Shown: positions 1 to 13,130 of the stretch, in pieces | Layout: every line of letters begins with the position of its first letter | Numbering within the stretch: the first letter of the stretch is position 1 | Assembly (NCBI GenBank): GCA_013239625.1 | Contig: MU053652.1 | Coordinates: forward strand, 3,833,902 to 3,897,901 | Reading direction: 5' to 3' | DNA from: Lama guanicoe | Lineage: Eukaryota | Length of the DNA: 64,000 nucleotides | Position numbers and translations under genes: made by a program | The notes under the pieces: model-generated | Databases searched by the model: none | The model's input: the letters and a program-made list of their open reading frames with translations, nothing else | Told to the model about the DNA's origin: nothing

Positions 1-311
1 CAACTACTAAATGGATAATCCCTTTTTATTGTGTATTATACAAAGTCCTATGCTGCAAATGTAAAACTGTAAGTTCATGACTGTTAGGTCTGAATCATAA
101 AGATCCATAAATTTCAATTGTTATAATTAATATACACAGAGTAAGCTTCTTCACAGAACTGGCATGGTCTGATGTTTTAAAAAGGTTTAAATTAAATAAT
201 GCTACAGATGTGTAGGCTACTTACAGTCTTCTCATCTTCTGGACCCTCCCCTTCTCCCTCACCTATACATTCAAGTATTTAAGTGGATGCAGACAGAATC
301 TTCTTTCTTAC

Positions 312-413
312 CTCTCCATCAGCCACAGCAGAATAATTCACTTGGGCAACAGTGACTGTGGTTGGCAATTCTGAAGCATCAGCCAACGTGGCTACTGTTG
401 CCCCTGTACCAAC
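312..413 (-). CDS. NRF1: NRF1 exon 8, 102 nt: VGTGATVATLADASELPTTVTVAQVNYSAVADGE; gene continues beyond the window start
   Basis: Acceptor ctttag|GTTGGT, donor GAG|gtaaga. Translated by hand and in frame with exon 7. Confidence 0.96.
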
Positions 414-1031
414 CTAAAGAAAAACACGGAAAGTGATACGGGTCAGTGGACGGATCTTTCCACCTCTTCTTTACTCAGAAGTTAAGATTCATTTAATCCC
501 AAATTCAGCACAGGTAACGATTCCTATGCCTTGTCATGTGAAATGAATTACTAAAACCATATATCAGACACTAACAGGTGTTTCAGAGTTTTACTTCAAC
601 CAAATAAATCAGTATTAGCAGTCAACATGTTTCACCATTGGTGTCCAGTGTCAGTCAACCAACTTTCTACTCTTACTCCAATTTGAATTTTAGAGACTCC
701 TTATCTACTAACAATTTTTTTTAACCTCGTAAGAGATAATTCAGAAGGAGTATTTCCTGGCCACTGACAGAGTGAAATGGTAAAAGAAGAGGCCATTTTT
801 ACAGTGCTTTGATCTGGAAATGTCCAGAAATGCTACCCATAGCTCTATATTTAGCAAAATAGAAACAATTAAAAATATTTTTCAAAAAATCAAGTTCAGT
901 TAGGGAGATCTTGGGGATCTATATAAAGTTCATATAAGAACTTGCATAAAGAAAACTTTCTCCAGCCTAAGGTGAGGTGCCCACTGATCTGCCTCAGAAA
1001 CCATAATCCAGTAACCATAAGGTTTACTCAC

Positions 1032-1229
1032 CTGGATGAGTGAGACAGTGCCATCAGGGTTACTAAAGGTCTGGACTACAGTCTGTGATGGTACAAGATG
1101 GGCTATACTGTGTGTCGTTGTGGCTTGTGTTTGTGTTTGCTGATCTTCAAAAGCATACAAAAGGTCCTCCCGCCCATGCTGTTTGTAACAGTTTTTAACT
1201 ATGGTCCGTAATGCCTGGGTCCATGAAAC
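1032..1229 (-). CDS. NRF1: NRF1 exon 7, 198 nt: VSWTQALRTIVKNCYKQHGREDLLYAFEDQQTQTQATTTHSIAHLVPSQTVVQTFSNPDGTVSLIQ
   Basis: Acceptor tgacag|GTTTCA, donor CAG|gtgagt. Overlaps ORF 930..1160. Confidence 0.98.
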
Positions 1230-2057
1230 CTGTCACCAAAAGACCAGTAAAGCACATTAAGTCACAAAGAATGTTGGTTATTCAGCCCCACAATTGGAAT
1301 AAGCAGCTGCTTATTTATCAAACCAAACTAAACTTGTATAGAATAAACCTTCTTAGGATTATTTCCCATAGATTCAGACACAAAGAAATTCAGTACCAAA
1401 GATTTCACACTCATTTCCTTCCTGATCAAAGTCTGGTTTAGCTTTTGGGTTTTATACCCTATTCTAACCTGAGGCCAACTCAAACTTCTCATAAAAGGTT
1501 TATAATTTTGTCAAGAATTTTATGACATTAAGATCCTCAGTAAATTTAAGCTAACTGAAAAACAAATATGTAGAACAAGTACAAGAGGATGCCTGGTTTA
1601 GTCTCTCCTCTTTCTTAAAAGAAGTTTCATTATCAGCAGAATTGACCAACTTTATATCTCTCACATTCATATTTTCAACAGTGATTCTTGCTAACCAGAA
1701 ATAAGGACATTTCTAAATCTTCAAAGTGATATTTTGTGAAGTGACACAATATTTTTACTTTAAGTTTCTTCAGTTTTTCCAAGCATCTCATAAAACTAAA
1801 ACTGCTCCAAAAGACAACTATGCACAGAAAAGTGTAAATTCACAGACCCATCCCAAGTCTTCAAAGTGATGAAGTGACGAATGCGAAAGGCTATATAAAT
1901 CAGAGATATCAAACTTCTTTTGGGGGACAGACTTCTTTTTTGACTATTACACAAATGTTTTTAGACCTTTTATAGCATAAGAAGTAAAACAACAAAAATG
2001 AAGTGGTTAATTCAGAATGGAAAAGTAACAGGCAACTCAGGCCAGAGGAACACTCAC

Positions 2058-2216
2058 CCTCTGCTTTTGCTCTTCTGTGCGGACATCACTCCGGACATTT
2101 GCCCATGGGATATCTTCAGGCCACCAGATGGGCTTGCAGCTTTCTTTGCCCCAGCCTGGTTTTCCCCGACCTGTGGAGTACTTCAGCATCTCTGGAATAA
2201 ATGCCCGAAGCTGGGC
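2058..2216 (-). CDS. NRF1: NRF1 exon 6, 159 nt: AQLRAFIPEMLKYSTGRGKPGWGKESCKPIWWPEDIPWANVRSDVRTEEQKQR (DNA-binding domain)
   Basis: Acceptor ttccag|GCCCAG, donor AGG|gtgagt. Overlaps ORF 2037..2258. Confidence 0.98.
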
Positions 2217-2829
2217 CTGGAAAACAAGAGTGTGGTCATCAGTAGTGATGAAAGACATATGGGGTGTGTTTGGTCTGCCAACAAATTCTAAGATTATAAA
2301 ACGGAGAGCCTTCCTGGAGGGTCTTGGAGAGTTCCAAAATGTGACTATGAAAACCTGCTGTTTCCCACTGGTTACTATAGCTCCACAGGTGATGGAGAAT
2401 TACATGTATGTTGGTAAAGTGCACTTTAAGTCATATTTCATACACTTGTTCCTATAAGATCAAGAATATCTACCTCCATGTTTGATTTCTGACCCCTAAA
2501 ATACTACTGATGCCACACTTTATTTCCCTTCTAGAACTTCCATGCATTTAAGGTGTCAAACAAAGTCAACATGTTTTCAATGTTGTTCTGGAGGTAGTAA
2601 TCAGAACAATTAGATGAGAGAAATAAGAGGTGAGGAGCAGATAAAAACCATCATTATTTGTAGATGATATGACTGTATATCAGAAAATTCCCATAGAATC
2701 AAATGAAAAACTACTATAAACAATAAGAGAATTCAGTAAGGTGGTGGGTTCCAAATATATAAAAATAAATGGGCTTTACTTAATAGAAAGGGAAAATAAC
2801 CCTAAAACTCTTCTAAAAAGTTTCTAATA

Positions 2830-3031
2830 TGGATAAACAAGATTATACTGTATAGCACAGGGAAATATATACAAGATCTTGGGGTAGCTCACAGTGAAGT
2901 GAAATGTGACAATGAATATATGTATGTTTATATATAACTGAAAAATTGTGCTCTACACTGGAATTTGACACATTGTAAAATGACTATAACTCAAAAAAAG
3001 TTGAAACAAACAAAAACAAACAAAAAAAAAT
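2830..3031 (+). mobile_element. 5'-truncated lineage-specific L1 3' end with A-rich tail
   Basis: L1 3'UTR-type sequence (..gtatagcacaggg..ttgacacattgtaaaatgactataactc) with tail. Perfect TSD aaaaagtttctaata at 2815-2829 and 3032-3046. Confidence 0.85.
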
Positions 3032-5140
3032 AAAAAGTTTCTAATAAGACAATCCAATGGCTATGAGTCAGACATACAGATACATTGCGGTGAAGCAAGT
3101 GTTGATTTAAACACATTATGAACTTCATTCAAATTTATTTTACAGATCAAATCCAGACCAAACAGATGTTAAAACCACAGAGACAACTGCCATTCTTTAC
3201 CATCTGGCACTGTAACCATGTTGTGTGTGTACGTAGGGGGAGAAGGGGAGCCTACTTTGTGAATTCTCTTCATTGCTTACAATGATTTTTGGCAAGAGAA
3301 GCAGTTTATCAAGCTATAATCTTCCTCCCTAGACCTACTGCTTTCCTTTGAACCTGGTGTTCTACAGCACTCCAGAAATAAGCAGCATCCTCCACTGAAG
3401 GACGCATTCATCAGCCTCTACAGCTTAAGACCAAAAGGCGAGGACAATTTTAGCAAGAAGTCAGACCCAAGGACATGGGCTTGTTGTAGCTGTAAAAGAG
3501 GGAAAGAAAAAAATAGAAATGGGAATACTTAAGTATTAATGAGAGAATGAATACAGCAACACTTGTATCGAAGAGCTTATTTAAATATCAGAAGATGACA
3601 CAAATTATTACATAATAGGAAATCATGAAGCCAAATCAGTAATGTTCACCCAATAAAGAAAGTTCTGGTTGACAGCATTTATGTTGTTAACCCTTGTGCC
3701 GAGCCTGCCATTTCATGGTTCTTTCTAAGTTCCTCATCTCCCAGACAGTCTCCTGCCTGCAGGATATGATATAATACCCTCCATTATATATTTGGCTCTG
3801 CGGCATCAAGCAGGAGGCTAATAGAAACATATCCATTTGCAAACCCACGCTATCAGCTGGCTCATGAGGTCACTCCTTCAGTTATTTTAAGAAAGTGCAT
3901 CTCAAAGTCATTTTTCCTTTTATCCTGGCTTCCTGAGAGTGTGTTTTTCTAGCTTCAGATATACAGAGAAGGAAGAAGCTTAATTCTCACACACAATATT
4001 TACATTTCATCATATAAAGAAACAATGGCTTTCTCAGATGCATAAACCAAATAAACTGATATCACAGACTTTTATAAGTCTCCCCTTTCCTTTAATACCA
4101 TAACAGTTTCCAAAAGAAGAGTTCTTTATATCCATACCTAGCAGAGTGGGGAGACAATGAAATAAGAAGGTCAAATATCTCTAAATTAACACAAAACTAA
4201 ACTGTCCAGAAAGAACTTGCTGTCTATAACACTTGGTTGACAGACTCTGCTCAAATCCCACCTGGAACACCATATGTTCTTTAATTCTGAAGATTTTTTC
4301 AGCTTCTGATCCCCGTCCCATCTCCACCAATAGTTTCCCACATTCCTCAGTTCTGGGTCACCCTGGCACCTGGCTGTGGACAGTTTTTCTCCTCAGGCTT
4401 GCTTTGTCTTTCACACCAGGCTTTCCACTAGGTTTTAAGAATTCATTGGTTATTTAAAGTGTGGGCACAGTACCAGCCTACTCACTTAAAACCCTCCTCC
4501 ACTCTTCCCAATGACTTCATTTCTCAGCATCTTTGTCTTTTCCAGTAGAACCCCATCTCCTCTCCCCAAGTTCAAAACCTCAGTTAGAGTCACCTCTTTC
4601 CTTCAACCCCCAACTAGCCACTCGTTGCAAGTTCCGTTCTTTCTTCTCTGAAATGTCTGTGGTATTCATCCCTTCTTCTCCAGTCCCACCTACATGCCCA
4701 CTTTCTAGCTCAAGGCCAGTGTATCCTTCTAGTTGGCTTTCCTGTGGAACTCCAAATTCTCCCCTCTCTTCCTCATCTCACATATCCTTGGACAGACAGG
4801 CTTCCCTAAATGCTACATAGCTTCAATGCTCAAACCCTTCAAACTTTTCACTATAAGCAATTAAATTAGATTCATCTGTCCAGCTTTTCTGGCCTGCCAC
4901 AATTTGGCCTCCCACTACATTCAGTCCCCACTAATTCCCACCAGGCAGCCCTGGCCCTCAGAAGGCAAGTCTCTGCACAGTCCTTTGAAACTGCTGAGCT
5001 CATTCTTGCTTCTGTGCCTTCTGATTTGTTCCCTCTACTGGACTACATTCTTAAGCTGCTATTCCAGAGGCACTGCTCACTCCTTAATGCCCAGCAAGTC
5101 CTATACTCTTTGTGAAATACATCTTGAATACTTGAGTCAG

Positions 5141-5265
5141 TCTTTTTTTCTGTTTTCACTTTTTTTTAAATTGAACTACAGTCAGTTTACAAAGTTGTGT
5201 CAATTTCTGGTGTACAGCACAATGCTTCAGTCATACATGAACATACATATATTAATTTTCATATT
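5141..5265 (-). mobile_element. Short antisense L1 3' end
   Basis: T-tract followed by the reverse complement of an L1 terminus. Direct repeat cttgagtcag at 5131-5140 and 5266-5275. Confidence 0.75.
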
Positions 5266-5310
5266 CTTGAGTCAGCTTTTTGTACACATTAATAAGAACA
5301 CAAACTCTAG

Positions 5311-5605
5311 TACAAACTTCCAGATATAAAATAAATAGGTTATAGAGATGTAAGGTACAGTATGCTGACTACAGTCTGTAATATTGTACTGCAAGTCTGA
5401 AAGTTGCTAAGAAGTGAATCTTAAAGGTTCTCATCACAAGAAAAAAATTTTTTTTGTAACTTTGTATAGTGACAGATGGTACTAGACTTATTGTAGTCAT
5501 CATTTCAGTTCACGAGATATACAAATGTCAAATCATTATGCTGTACAACTGAAACTAATATAATGTTGTATGTCAATTATATGTCAATCAAAAAAAGCCC
5601 CAAAC
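5311..5605 (+). mobile_element. L1MA-type 3' end
   Basis: Typical L1MA 3'UTR motifs (aaagttgctaag..atcttaaa..ttctcatcac..gctgtacaactgaaactaatataatgttg). Near-TSD agaacacaaactctag / aaaacacaagctctag. Confidence 0.75.
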
Positions 5606-8600
5606 AAAACACAAGCTCTAGATTCTGAGAGTTGGTTCTGAACCCCAACTCTCTCTGAATCTTAATTTTCTCAATTGCAAAGTATTAATGATAATGACAA
5701 GTAAATAGGGTCAATTGAGAGGATCAGAGAGAGCAGGTATATACATAGTTAATTTGAATCAATGGCGGTTTTATTGTTACTACTTTAGTCATCAGTCATC
5801 TTTTCCAATTCAAAGAATTAGCCAACATGAAATGGTTTTCTAGTATTAAACACACTGTAATGTATACAAAGACATTTATCCTTCACTTTTCAAGATGGGT
5901 ATAGTGGGAAAAAGTAGAAGGCAGAACGAATTCATATGTATTTCTGTAAATATAATTGAGGATCAGAAACAAAGGAAGCTAGAATCAAAAATGAACCAAA
6001 ATGACCATCGAGGCCAATTCTGTGCCTCGAGGAAGCTAGCTTTTACCAACCCACTCTGCCCCAATGTATAGGTAGTTTAGGCGATTTATTCTGCTGGATC
6101 TTTGAGCATTAAAAAAAGTATACAGCAGATTATTAGCGGAAATCATTAAAAAAGGAAACCCAAGTGCAACCACAGTTAGAGGAAAGAGAGAACCAGGAAA
6201 CCTCTCAAAGGTGTTTTATGTGCTAGCGTCTCTGGATGGAAAATGTTTCAAACCCATAGGAAGAAGACAGTAGAGGCTAAATATAAGAGGCAGGAGAAAT
6301 GGAAGCAGCACAAAGCAAAGGTTACTTCCACAGGCAAAATCCCCATTAAGTTAAAAAATAGACTCAGAATGAAATTAACAAGTTCTAATTCAGAGACAGA
6401 TCCTAACTTTTAAAAGCACTATCAGTTGTACAAAATTTGCCCCTATATCAAAATAAGAGGCTTAATTAATGTATTCTCAACAATAAAAGTTCACTTTTCA
6501 ATTCTGTACAGTTTGGGAATGAAGGACAAACTTTGCTTTTAAATACACAGAGATAACTACTTTTTTACTGAAAAAGACACTTCCCACCAGACTATTTTTA
6601 TACTGTCCCAAATAAATAGTGCTAAGGCTAAAGGGATAGTAATAAGGGAAAATGAACTATCCAGTATAGAAAGAGTTATATGATTTCTTTTCAGAATTCA
6701 GCACGGTGCTCTCATTACCAGTTGGATTAATTACTGGTCCTGGAGAGTTTTGAAAACTCAAGCTACTCAATGTGCTTGTTAAGGAAGGTTTGTCTTTAAT
6801 CCACGGGGAGACAATCAACAAGATCAGCAAAGGTAAAGGCTGTCCTCTCCGGCTGTCCTCTAATTGGGCCGCAACGAGCTTTCCCAGCCTCTCATTCTGA
6901 TTTAGGGCTCTAGATGGGCTTCAAGTGCCCGGCTCGGTCAATAAGCCCACCTCAAACCAGCAGAGAGTAGAAAATACCACTCCTTCCAGGGCACATTCAG
7001 CAAAGAAAAAAGACACTATATTCATGCCGGTGGCAGTCAAAAGTAAAGAGTATGTGGAAACCACTGATGGTTTATAAAAAGAGACTTTTCTAAAACTCTA
7101 AACATTTCAATCTAGCCAAAATAAAACTATTTCTTAACTATGCTAGAAATTTTTCACTTTTAAATTCAGTTGTTTGCTATCCAATAATGTATTATCTTTA
7201 TATAGTCCCAAATATTCCAAATATTCTCTCACTCCTTCTCTCTTTGCTCTGCATGTACCCGAGACCAGGGATTTTAAGGCTCTTTGATGTCCATTTAAGT
7301 TCAGTTACCAAGAAAAGGTCTTTCAAATTAAAATGCCTGCCAATTCCACATCTACTGAAGAGGTCTAAGAAATTTAAAGAGAAGGCAGCTGAAATCAAAC
7401 CACGTTGAAAGGTGATGTTTTCTATACCCCACAGGAAAACAGGAATGTAGCAGGGAAAGAAAACAAGAATTTTCAGACTGTGGCTTTATTATTTTAATTT
7501 AAAATTATGAACCTCCAGGTTGACAGTCCCAATCATACTCAAGTGGATATTTAAAAGGCAATTAGAAAGTAAAAGCAAATGCTTTTTTTTTGCCCACTAT
7601 TGGGAATTATTTGTACCACAGACCTCTGTTCACAGAGATAATGAAAGTGGCTTTCCTTATTAGAAACACCAATTCTATATCCCCACAGCAGAAACACTGG
7701 CTTCTCTTAATCTCATTTTCCCATAAACACATTCCCATAGAAACATGGGAAGAATAAGTTTGTAAGGAAAGGTAAGTTTAGAGAATTCGAGGGACAGCCA
7801 ATGAAGACACTCGTCTCTTCAGCCAATACTTCTGCTTCTCTAGCTCCATACCCCATCAACCTATTAAATTGTCTCCTTCCCATTAATCAAAATGCTCTTA
7901 AAAATTCTACCTTCTCTTTGAAGGAGTCTCAGATTGGTCAGTTTCTGCTAGCTTATCCTAGTTATAGTCTTTAGTATAAAAATATAAATAACACAGATAA
8001 AATCAAAGTGCTCTTTAAGATCCACCCTCCTGCAATCTAGTCCCCCGTCCAGAGGCATTAATTTGATGAACACCCTTTCTTAAAGGCCAAATTCTACACA
8101 TTTACATAAATATATGCTGGAAAGGCACAGTTTTATGTGATGAAAGAAAACACACACATACATATTTTAGTACAACTCACTTTTCCCCACTCAACATTCT
8201 GTCACAGAGATCTTCTCATGCTAGTACAACTAGAATAACCTCATTAAAAAAAAATAGTTGCTTAGTATCCATAGTATAGTTTTTTCCATTTTATTTAACC
8301 ATTCGCCTACTGATAAACATTTATGTTGTTTACAGTGCTTGTACCTACCTGCTTCTTTGACCACACATGTATTTCTCCAGCAGAAAAGTGGAATTGTTGG
8401 TTAAAAGGTATACACATTTAACATTTTAATAGACACTGCCTAATTGTCCTCCTGAAAGACTGTCAATCCTATTCCCACCAACAGTGCAGAACAATACCCA
8501 TTATTTCAAAATCTCCCTTCACATTAATTACCCTGCTTTCTTATTTTGGCTCATCAAATGTGGGGGAAAAGATTTATTTTAATTTTCATTACTAGTGAGG

Positions 8601-9057
8601 TTGAGAATCTTTTTATATGTTTACTGATTATTTTTCCTTTTTATGAACTGTTCATAATGCTTGGCTTATTTCTCTAATGATCTTTTTCTTATTAATTTGA
8701 AAGAAATATTCATGTGTTCTAGACATTCCTTGTCATATATTATGCAACTACTTTTCCCTACTCTAGTTCTGTCCTGAATATGGAATTTATATGCATGTTC
8801 CCTTCTCTTAGTTTTCCTGAATATACCCTTAATTCTTTTACTCTACTCAAAATATGCTGTGTTCTATTTAAGAACACAGCCAATGTTTTTGTTACCTTTA
8901 TATTTTCTTAATCTTATCCTGCTTACCTAATATTGACAAAATTTGGGATGGTATCATACACAGAAACACTTTTTGATTATTTTAGACAGTAAGAAAACAT
9001 ATTCTACACACAGATTATGACACTATAGTAGGAGAAGTTAGGAACTGTTACCTACAA

Positions 9058-9231
9058 CAGTGGTTCTCAAAGTTGGCTGCACACTGAAACTGCCTGGGGA
9101 GTTTAAACACTGCAGACGCCTAGATCTCATCCCCAAAGAGTCTGATTTAATTGGTCTGGAGTGTGGCCTGGGTACTAGGATTTTAAGATCCCCAGGTGGT
9201 TCTATTGTGCAGTCAAGTTTGAGGACCACTG
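9058..9231. mobile_element. MER5-like hAT-Charlie MITE
   Basis: Terminal inverted repeats cagtggttctcaaa / tttgaggaccactg, about 175 bp. Confidence 0.85.
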
Positions 9232-9274
9232 AATTAATTAAAATACCTTTTATCCAACTCTTCTTCTTTAAACA

Positions 9275-9572
9275 TTTTTTTAAATTGTGGTAAAATACAC
9301 ATAACATGAAATTAGCCAATTTAAACTGTACAATTCAGTGGCATTAAATACATTCCCACTATTGTATGACCATCACCACTATTTCCAGAATTTATTCATC
9401 ACCAAGCAGAAACTCTGTACCCATTAAACAATAGTTCCCCATTTTTACTTCCTCCAGCCCCTGGTAGGCGCTATTCTACTTTCTGCCTTTACGAATTTAC
9501 CCATTTTAGATACCTCATATAAGTGGAATCACACAGTATTTGTCCTTTGGCATATTTTACTTAGCATAATAC
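9275..9572 (-). mobile_element. L1MB-type 3' end, antisense
   Basis: ttgtggtaaaatacacataaca..gtacaattcagtggcattaa..cccagcccctgg..ataagtggaatca motifs. Confidence 0.75.
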
Positions 9573-10094
9573 TTCTATTCTTTAGGTAGAAGAGGCCAGA
9601 TCTATGCTTTTTCAAAAGAAAATAAAACAATATTCAAAAAACCTAAATTGATGACTGATCAATATTTTTAAAGTAAAACTTGTCATTTCCTGTGAATAAC
9701 TTCTTCCAAAGAAGCAATCACTGTGCTGTATGTTTCTGAAGGTTTCCCTGAAAACTAGTGAAGAATTACTATCCTGTTGCATCATTACTCCAAGGGAATA
9801 TTAAAGCAACAAAGACTGTCCCAGTGAGAGTGAGAGGAGGACAGTAAGTTCAAAGGAGAAGAAAGGGAGAAGAGAAAAAGGAGCGGATTTTAACCAATAA
9901 TACCAGACTCACCATACTTCTTCTATAACTATAATCTTGGCCTGGATCTCTTCTAACACAAATTCCAAAAAGATTAACAACCTCCCAAGAACAAGAGAAT
10001 CCTACAGGACTCAAATGTGGTAAAGAATATAACTGACTTTCCACTAGCAAAACTGTAATAACTGCTTAAAGACTCTTTAAGAAATGATCTAATT

Positions 10095-10258
10095 TCTTGA
10101 ACTCAAAGTGTAGTCTGGGAGTCAGCAGCACTGGCATCACCTAGAAGCTAGAAGGCAGAGTCTCAGCTCCCACTTCGGATGTACTGATTCACAATCTGCA
10201 TTTAAACAAATAAGACTCTCAGGTGATTCCTATGGACACTGAAGTTTGAGAAACACAA
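10095..10258. mobile_element. MER5A-like MITE, degenerate
   Basis: ctcaaagtgt..cagcagca..gcatcacct..aatctgcattt..caggtgattc..aagtttgagaa motifs. Confidence 0.7.
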
Positions 10259-10548
10259 TTTAGCCCATCCTCTGGTCTCCGAAGTATCCTAGAAAATTTT
10301 GCTAACCTGGTTTTCAAAATCTCTGAAAAAGATAACTTCATTATTTCATTGTAAATGGGGTTGCAGAATCTGTATCAAATTAGATTTCTTCTAAGACGTT
10401 TCTCAGTCTCCTTCAATTCTTACTCAAGGAGACAGACAGAAATGGGGTAAGTTCTAACCAGTATTCTTAAAGGTGCCTAGAAATTCAACTTTTCATTTTT
10501 TCACTAACAATACTATAGAGCTGTTTTTTTGTTTTTTGGGTTTTTTTT

Positions 10549-10550
<2 letters not shown>

Positions 10551-10586
<36 letters not shown>
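10551..10586. repeat. (AC)18 microsatellite
   Basis: Seen directly. Confidence 0.95.
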
Positions 10587-10589
<3 letters not shown>

Positions 10590-11805
10590 GACTATTAGGA
10601 TCAAGGTATATTTATAATAGTAAAAACAAGCTTTTCAGGTAAACATTCTACTTACCCATATAGAATTACACTTTTACCACAAAGAAAAACAAAGTAAAAC
10701 ACAACAAAAGCCAAAACTACAGAGCTGCTTCCTAAAAGCACCAAGGAATTCAGTTCACATTGTATTTAAAATACTCTGTTATATGTAATAGAGTTACTTT
10801 GTTATACGTAAGATACTCTGTTATGCTTAACTTCAATCTGTTGTAGAAGACAATTTCAATGGTTGTTAGAGCAAGTCAAGAAATTCTTTTAAAACAGTAA
10901 CTTTTCAGTGTAGATTAGCTGAAATACTCAATCTGAGTGATGATTACAACATGGTTTCATACAAAAAGAAAGAGAGAAGAAAGTACTGGCAATATGGACT
11001 CCACCCTAAATTCTATTTGTTTGTTACTAACTTGCTTCATAAGTTGATTCCTTTATGTCTCAACTTTTGAATACATTGTCACCTATACTGTCCTAATTCA
11101 CTGCTGAGAAAAATAAAGATTTTAGGTTCACTTCCTCTTGAGTGAAAAGTAGATAAGAAATGGTAATAATCAGGTTATTTCAAAGTTAATATAGGTAATA
11201 TATAAAACTAGTATTAATAGTAATAATACCTGTGTGTGATTCCTTAGTTTTCAAAGCACTTTCCAATATGTCTCATTTTTCTTCCTCCGACTCTATGAGG
11301 TAGGATGGCATGTATTATGCTCACTTTCATAAGATGGAACTGAGAACCAGGGCTACTATATGTAGAAGTGGGACTTAAAGACGAGATCTTCTGACTCTAA
11401 CAAACCATGCTAACTTTCTAATTTGTAAAGAATTAAAATAATGGAACACATAACATTAGAACAATATTGAATATGATTTACTCTCTTTGGATGATTCAGA
11501 ACTCATCTAAGGATCATCTAAGGATCATATATGGAATTATATTTGTAAATTAGGGTCATCAATATAAACATCAGTTATCTTCTCCATGACATTCAGGGCA
11601 GATAAGATAATTAATAGAGCTGCCTGGTTAACGCAAGTCCATCTCCAGACCAGTGCACTTTTACAATTCTGGAATTTTATCACTTTAAGGAAGTCATGAA
11701 CCACTCATATGGTCTGAACTCTAGAACTGGTGTCCACATAAACTTACTTTGTCTTTTATGGGTACAGCCATATCTGAGTTCTGCTTCCTTGACTATAAAA
11801 TAGAA

Positions 11806-11806
<1 letters not shown>

Positions 11807-11852
<46 letters not shown>

Positions 11853-11855
11853 ACA
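11807..11855. repeat. Compound (TC)n(AC)n microsatellite
   Basis: Seen directly. Confidence 0.95.
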
Positions 11856-12291
11856 AGTGTGCGCACTGGAAGGCAAGGATTAAATGAGATTCAACCCTGA
11901 AAGAATTTAGTATTATGCCTTTCAATACACAGTAGCTACAGAAGAGAAAAATGAGAGGGGGGAAAAAAAGAGTTGCTGACGTCTTCATCAGTAAATGTTA
12001 TGAAAACTAATCTTTGGACAAAACAAGGCAGAAACATCATCAAAGTTGCACTTAAAAAAATTCAAGTTTACATATAAAATAAGAAAATACTTGTTTTGGT
12101 TTCTATGGTTGTAAGTCATTTTTATTAGACAAAGACAATGAAAATCACCCATAATGCCATCACATATAATCACTGTTAATGTATCGGTGTATATCCTTCT
12201 AAAGTTTTCATATATCCTCACACAGACACAGGCAAGTTTTGTGTGCATGTTTTAAACAAATGAAATCAATTAACTCAATTTTGTATTCCCT

Positions 12292-12293
<2 letters not shown>

Positions 12294-12322
<29 letters not shown>
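12294..12322. repeat. (GT)n microsatellite
   Basis: Seen directly. Confidence 0.95.
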
Positions 12323-12325
<3 letters not shown>

Positions 12326-12811
12326 TCTAGTCCCCTAATAGAAACAAAAGCAAAGGGCCTAAACCCCTCAAAATAGAGTATATAAGAAATGGTATTTTAT
12401 AACCAGTTTTTAATTTAATATATCACAGTAGTATTCTATTACAACAGAGAGCAAGTCATCATTTGTAGTGTCTAATATTTCAGTGAATATTCACTTCTAG
12501 TCTCTTAGAGGCTAAGCTGCTCTTCTTTCCATGTAAATTCTAAATACCACTACTATAATTCATTTATCCACATTGATCTCAGGTTTTCTTATTGGAAACA
12601 ATGCCGTGAACATACATGTTTGCTTACTTGGAGGGCATGACATGCACATTTTAAATTTTGATATGCACTGCCAACCTGCTCTCTGGAAAAATCATCCAAA
12701 GTACATTCCATTGATGGTGCTAATATTCCCATCACCTTGCCTATCTAGGTTTGGTTTGAAATAAAACCCTGCTTTTACTACCATTAGTAGTGAAAGGCTT
12801 TAGTATAAGTT

Positions 12812-12893
12812 AAAAGAGAGAGGGGGAGAGAGAGAGAGGAAGGAAGGGAGGGAGGGAGGGAGGAAGGAAGAAAGGAAGAAAGGAAGAAAGGAA
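12812..12893. repeat. Polypurine (GA/GGAA/GGGA) low-complexity tract
   Basis: Seen directly. Confidence 0.9.
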
Positions 12894-12921
12894 TTTAGTT
12901 CACATTAAGAAGAAAGTATTT

Positions 12922-13130
12922 AACAACAAGGACCTACTGTAAAGCACAGGGAACTATATTCAATTTCTTGTAATGAGTTGTAACAGAAAAGAAACTAAAA
13001 AAAGTATATATGTGTGTGTGTGTGTGTGTATATACACATATATATGTATAAGACTGAATTCTTTTGCTGTAACCCTGAAGCGAACATTGTAAATCGATTA
13101 CACTTCAATAAAAAATAAGAATTAAAAAAA
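12922..13130 (+). mobile_element. Artiodactyl-type L1 3' end with internal (TG)/(TA) repeat
   Basis: aacaacaaggacctactgta.agcacagggaactatattcaat..acattgtaaatc.a.ta.acttcaataaaa. Degenerate TSD agaaagtat / aggaagtat. Confidence 0.8.

Noticed and set aside
1716..1878. Imperfect direct repeat tcttcaaagtga..tgaagtgac about 140 bp apart in intron 6
   Set aside because: One copy has a 7-nt gap and there is no A tail or element between them, so it cannot be supported as a TSD.
4904..5329. 141-aa hydrophobic ORF
   Set aside because: It has a non-ATG start and runs through repeat relics and T tracts, with no splice or homology support.
10770..10826. Three degenerate copies of tactctgttata
   Set aside because: Short local slippage repeat with no further structure.
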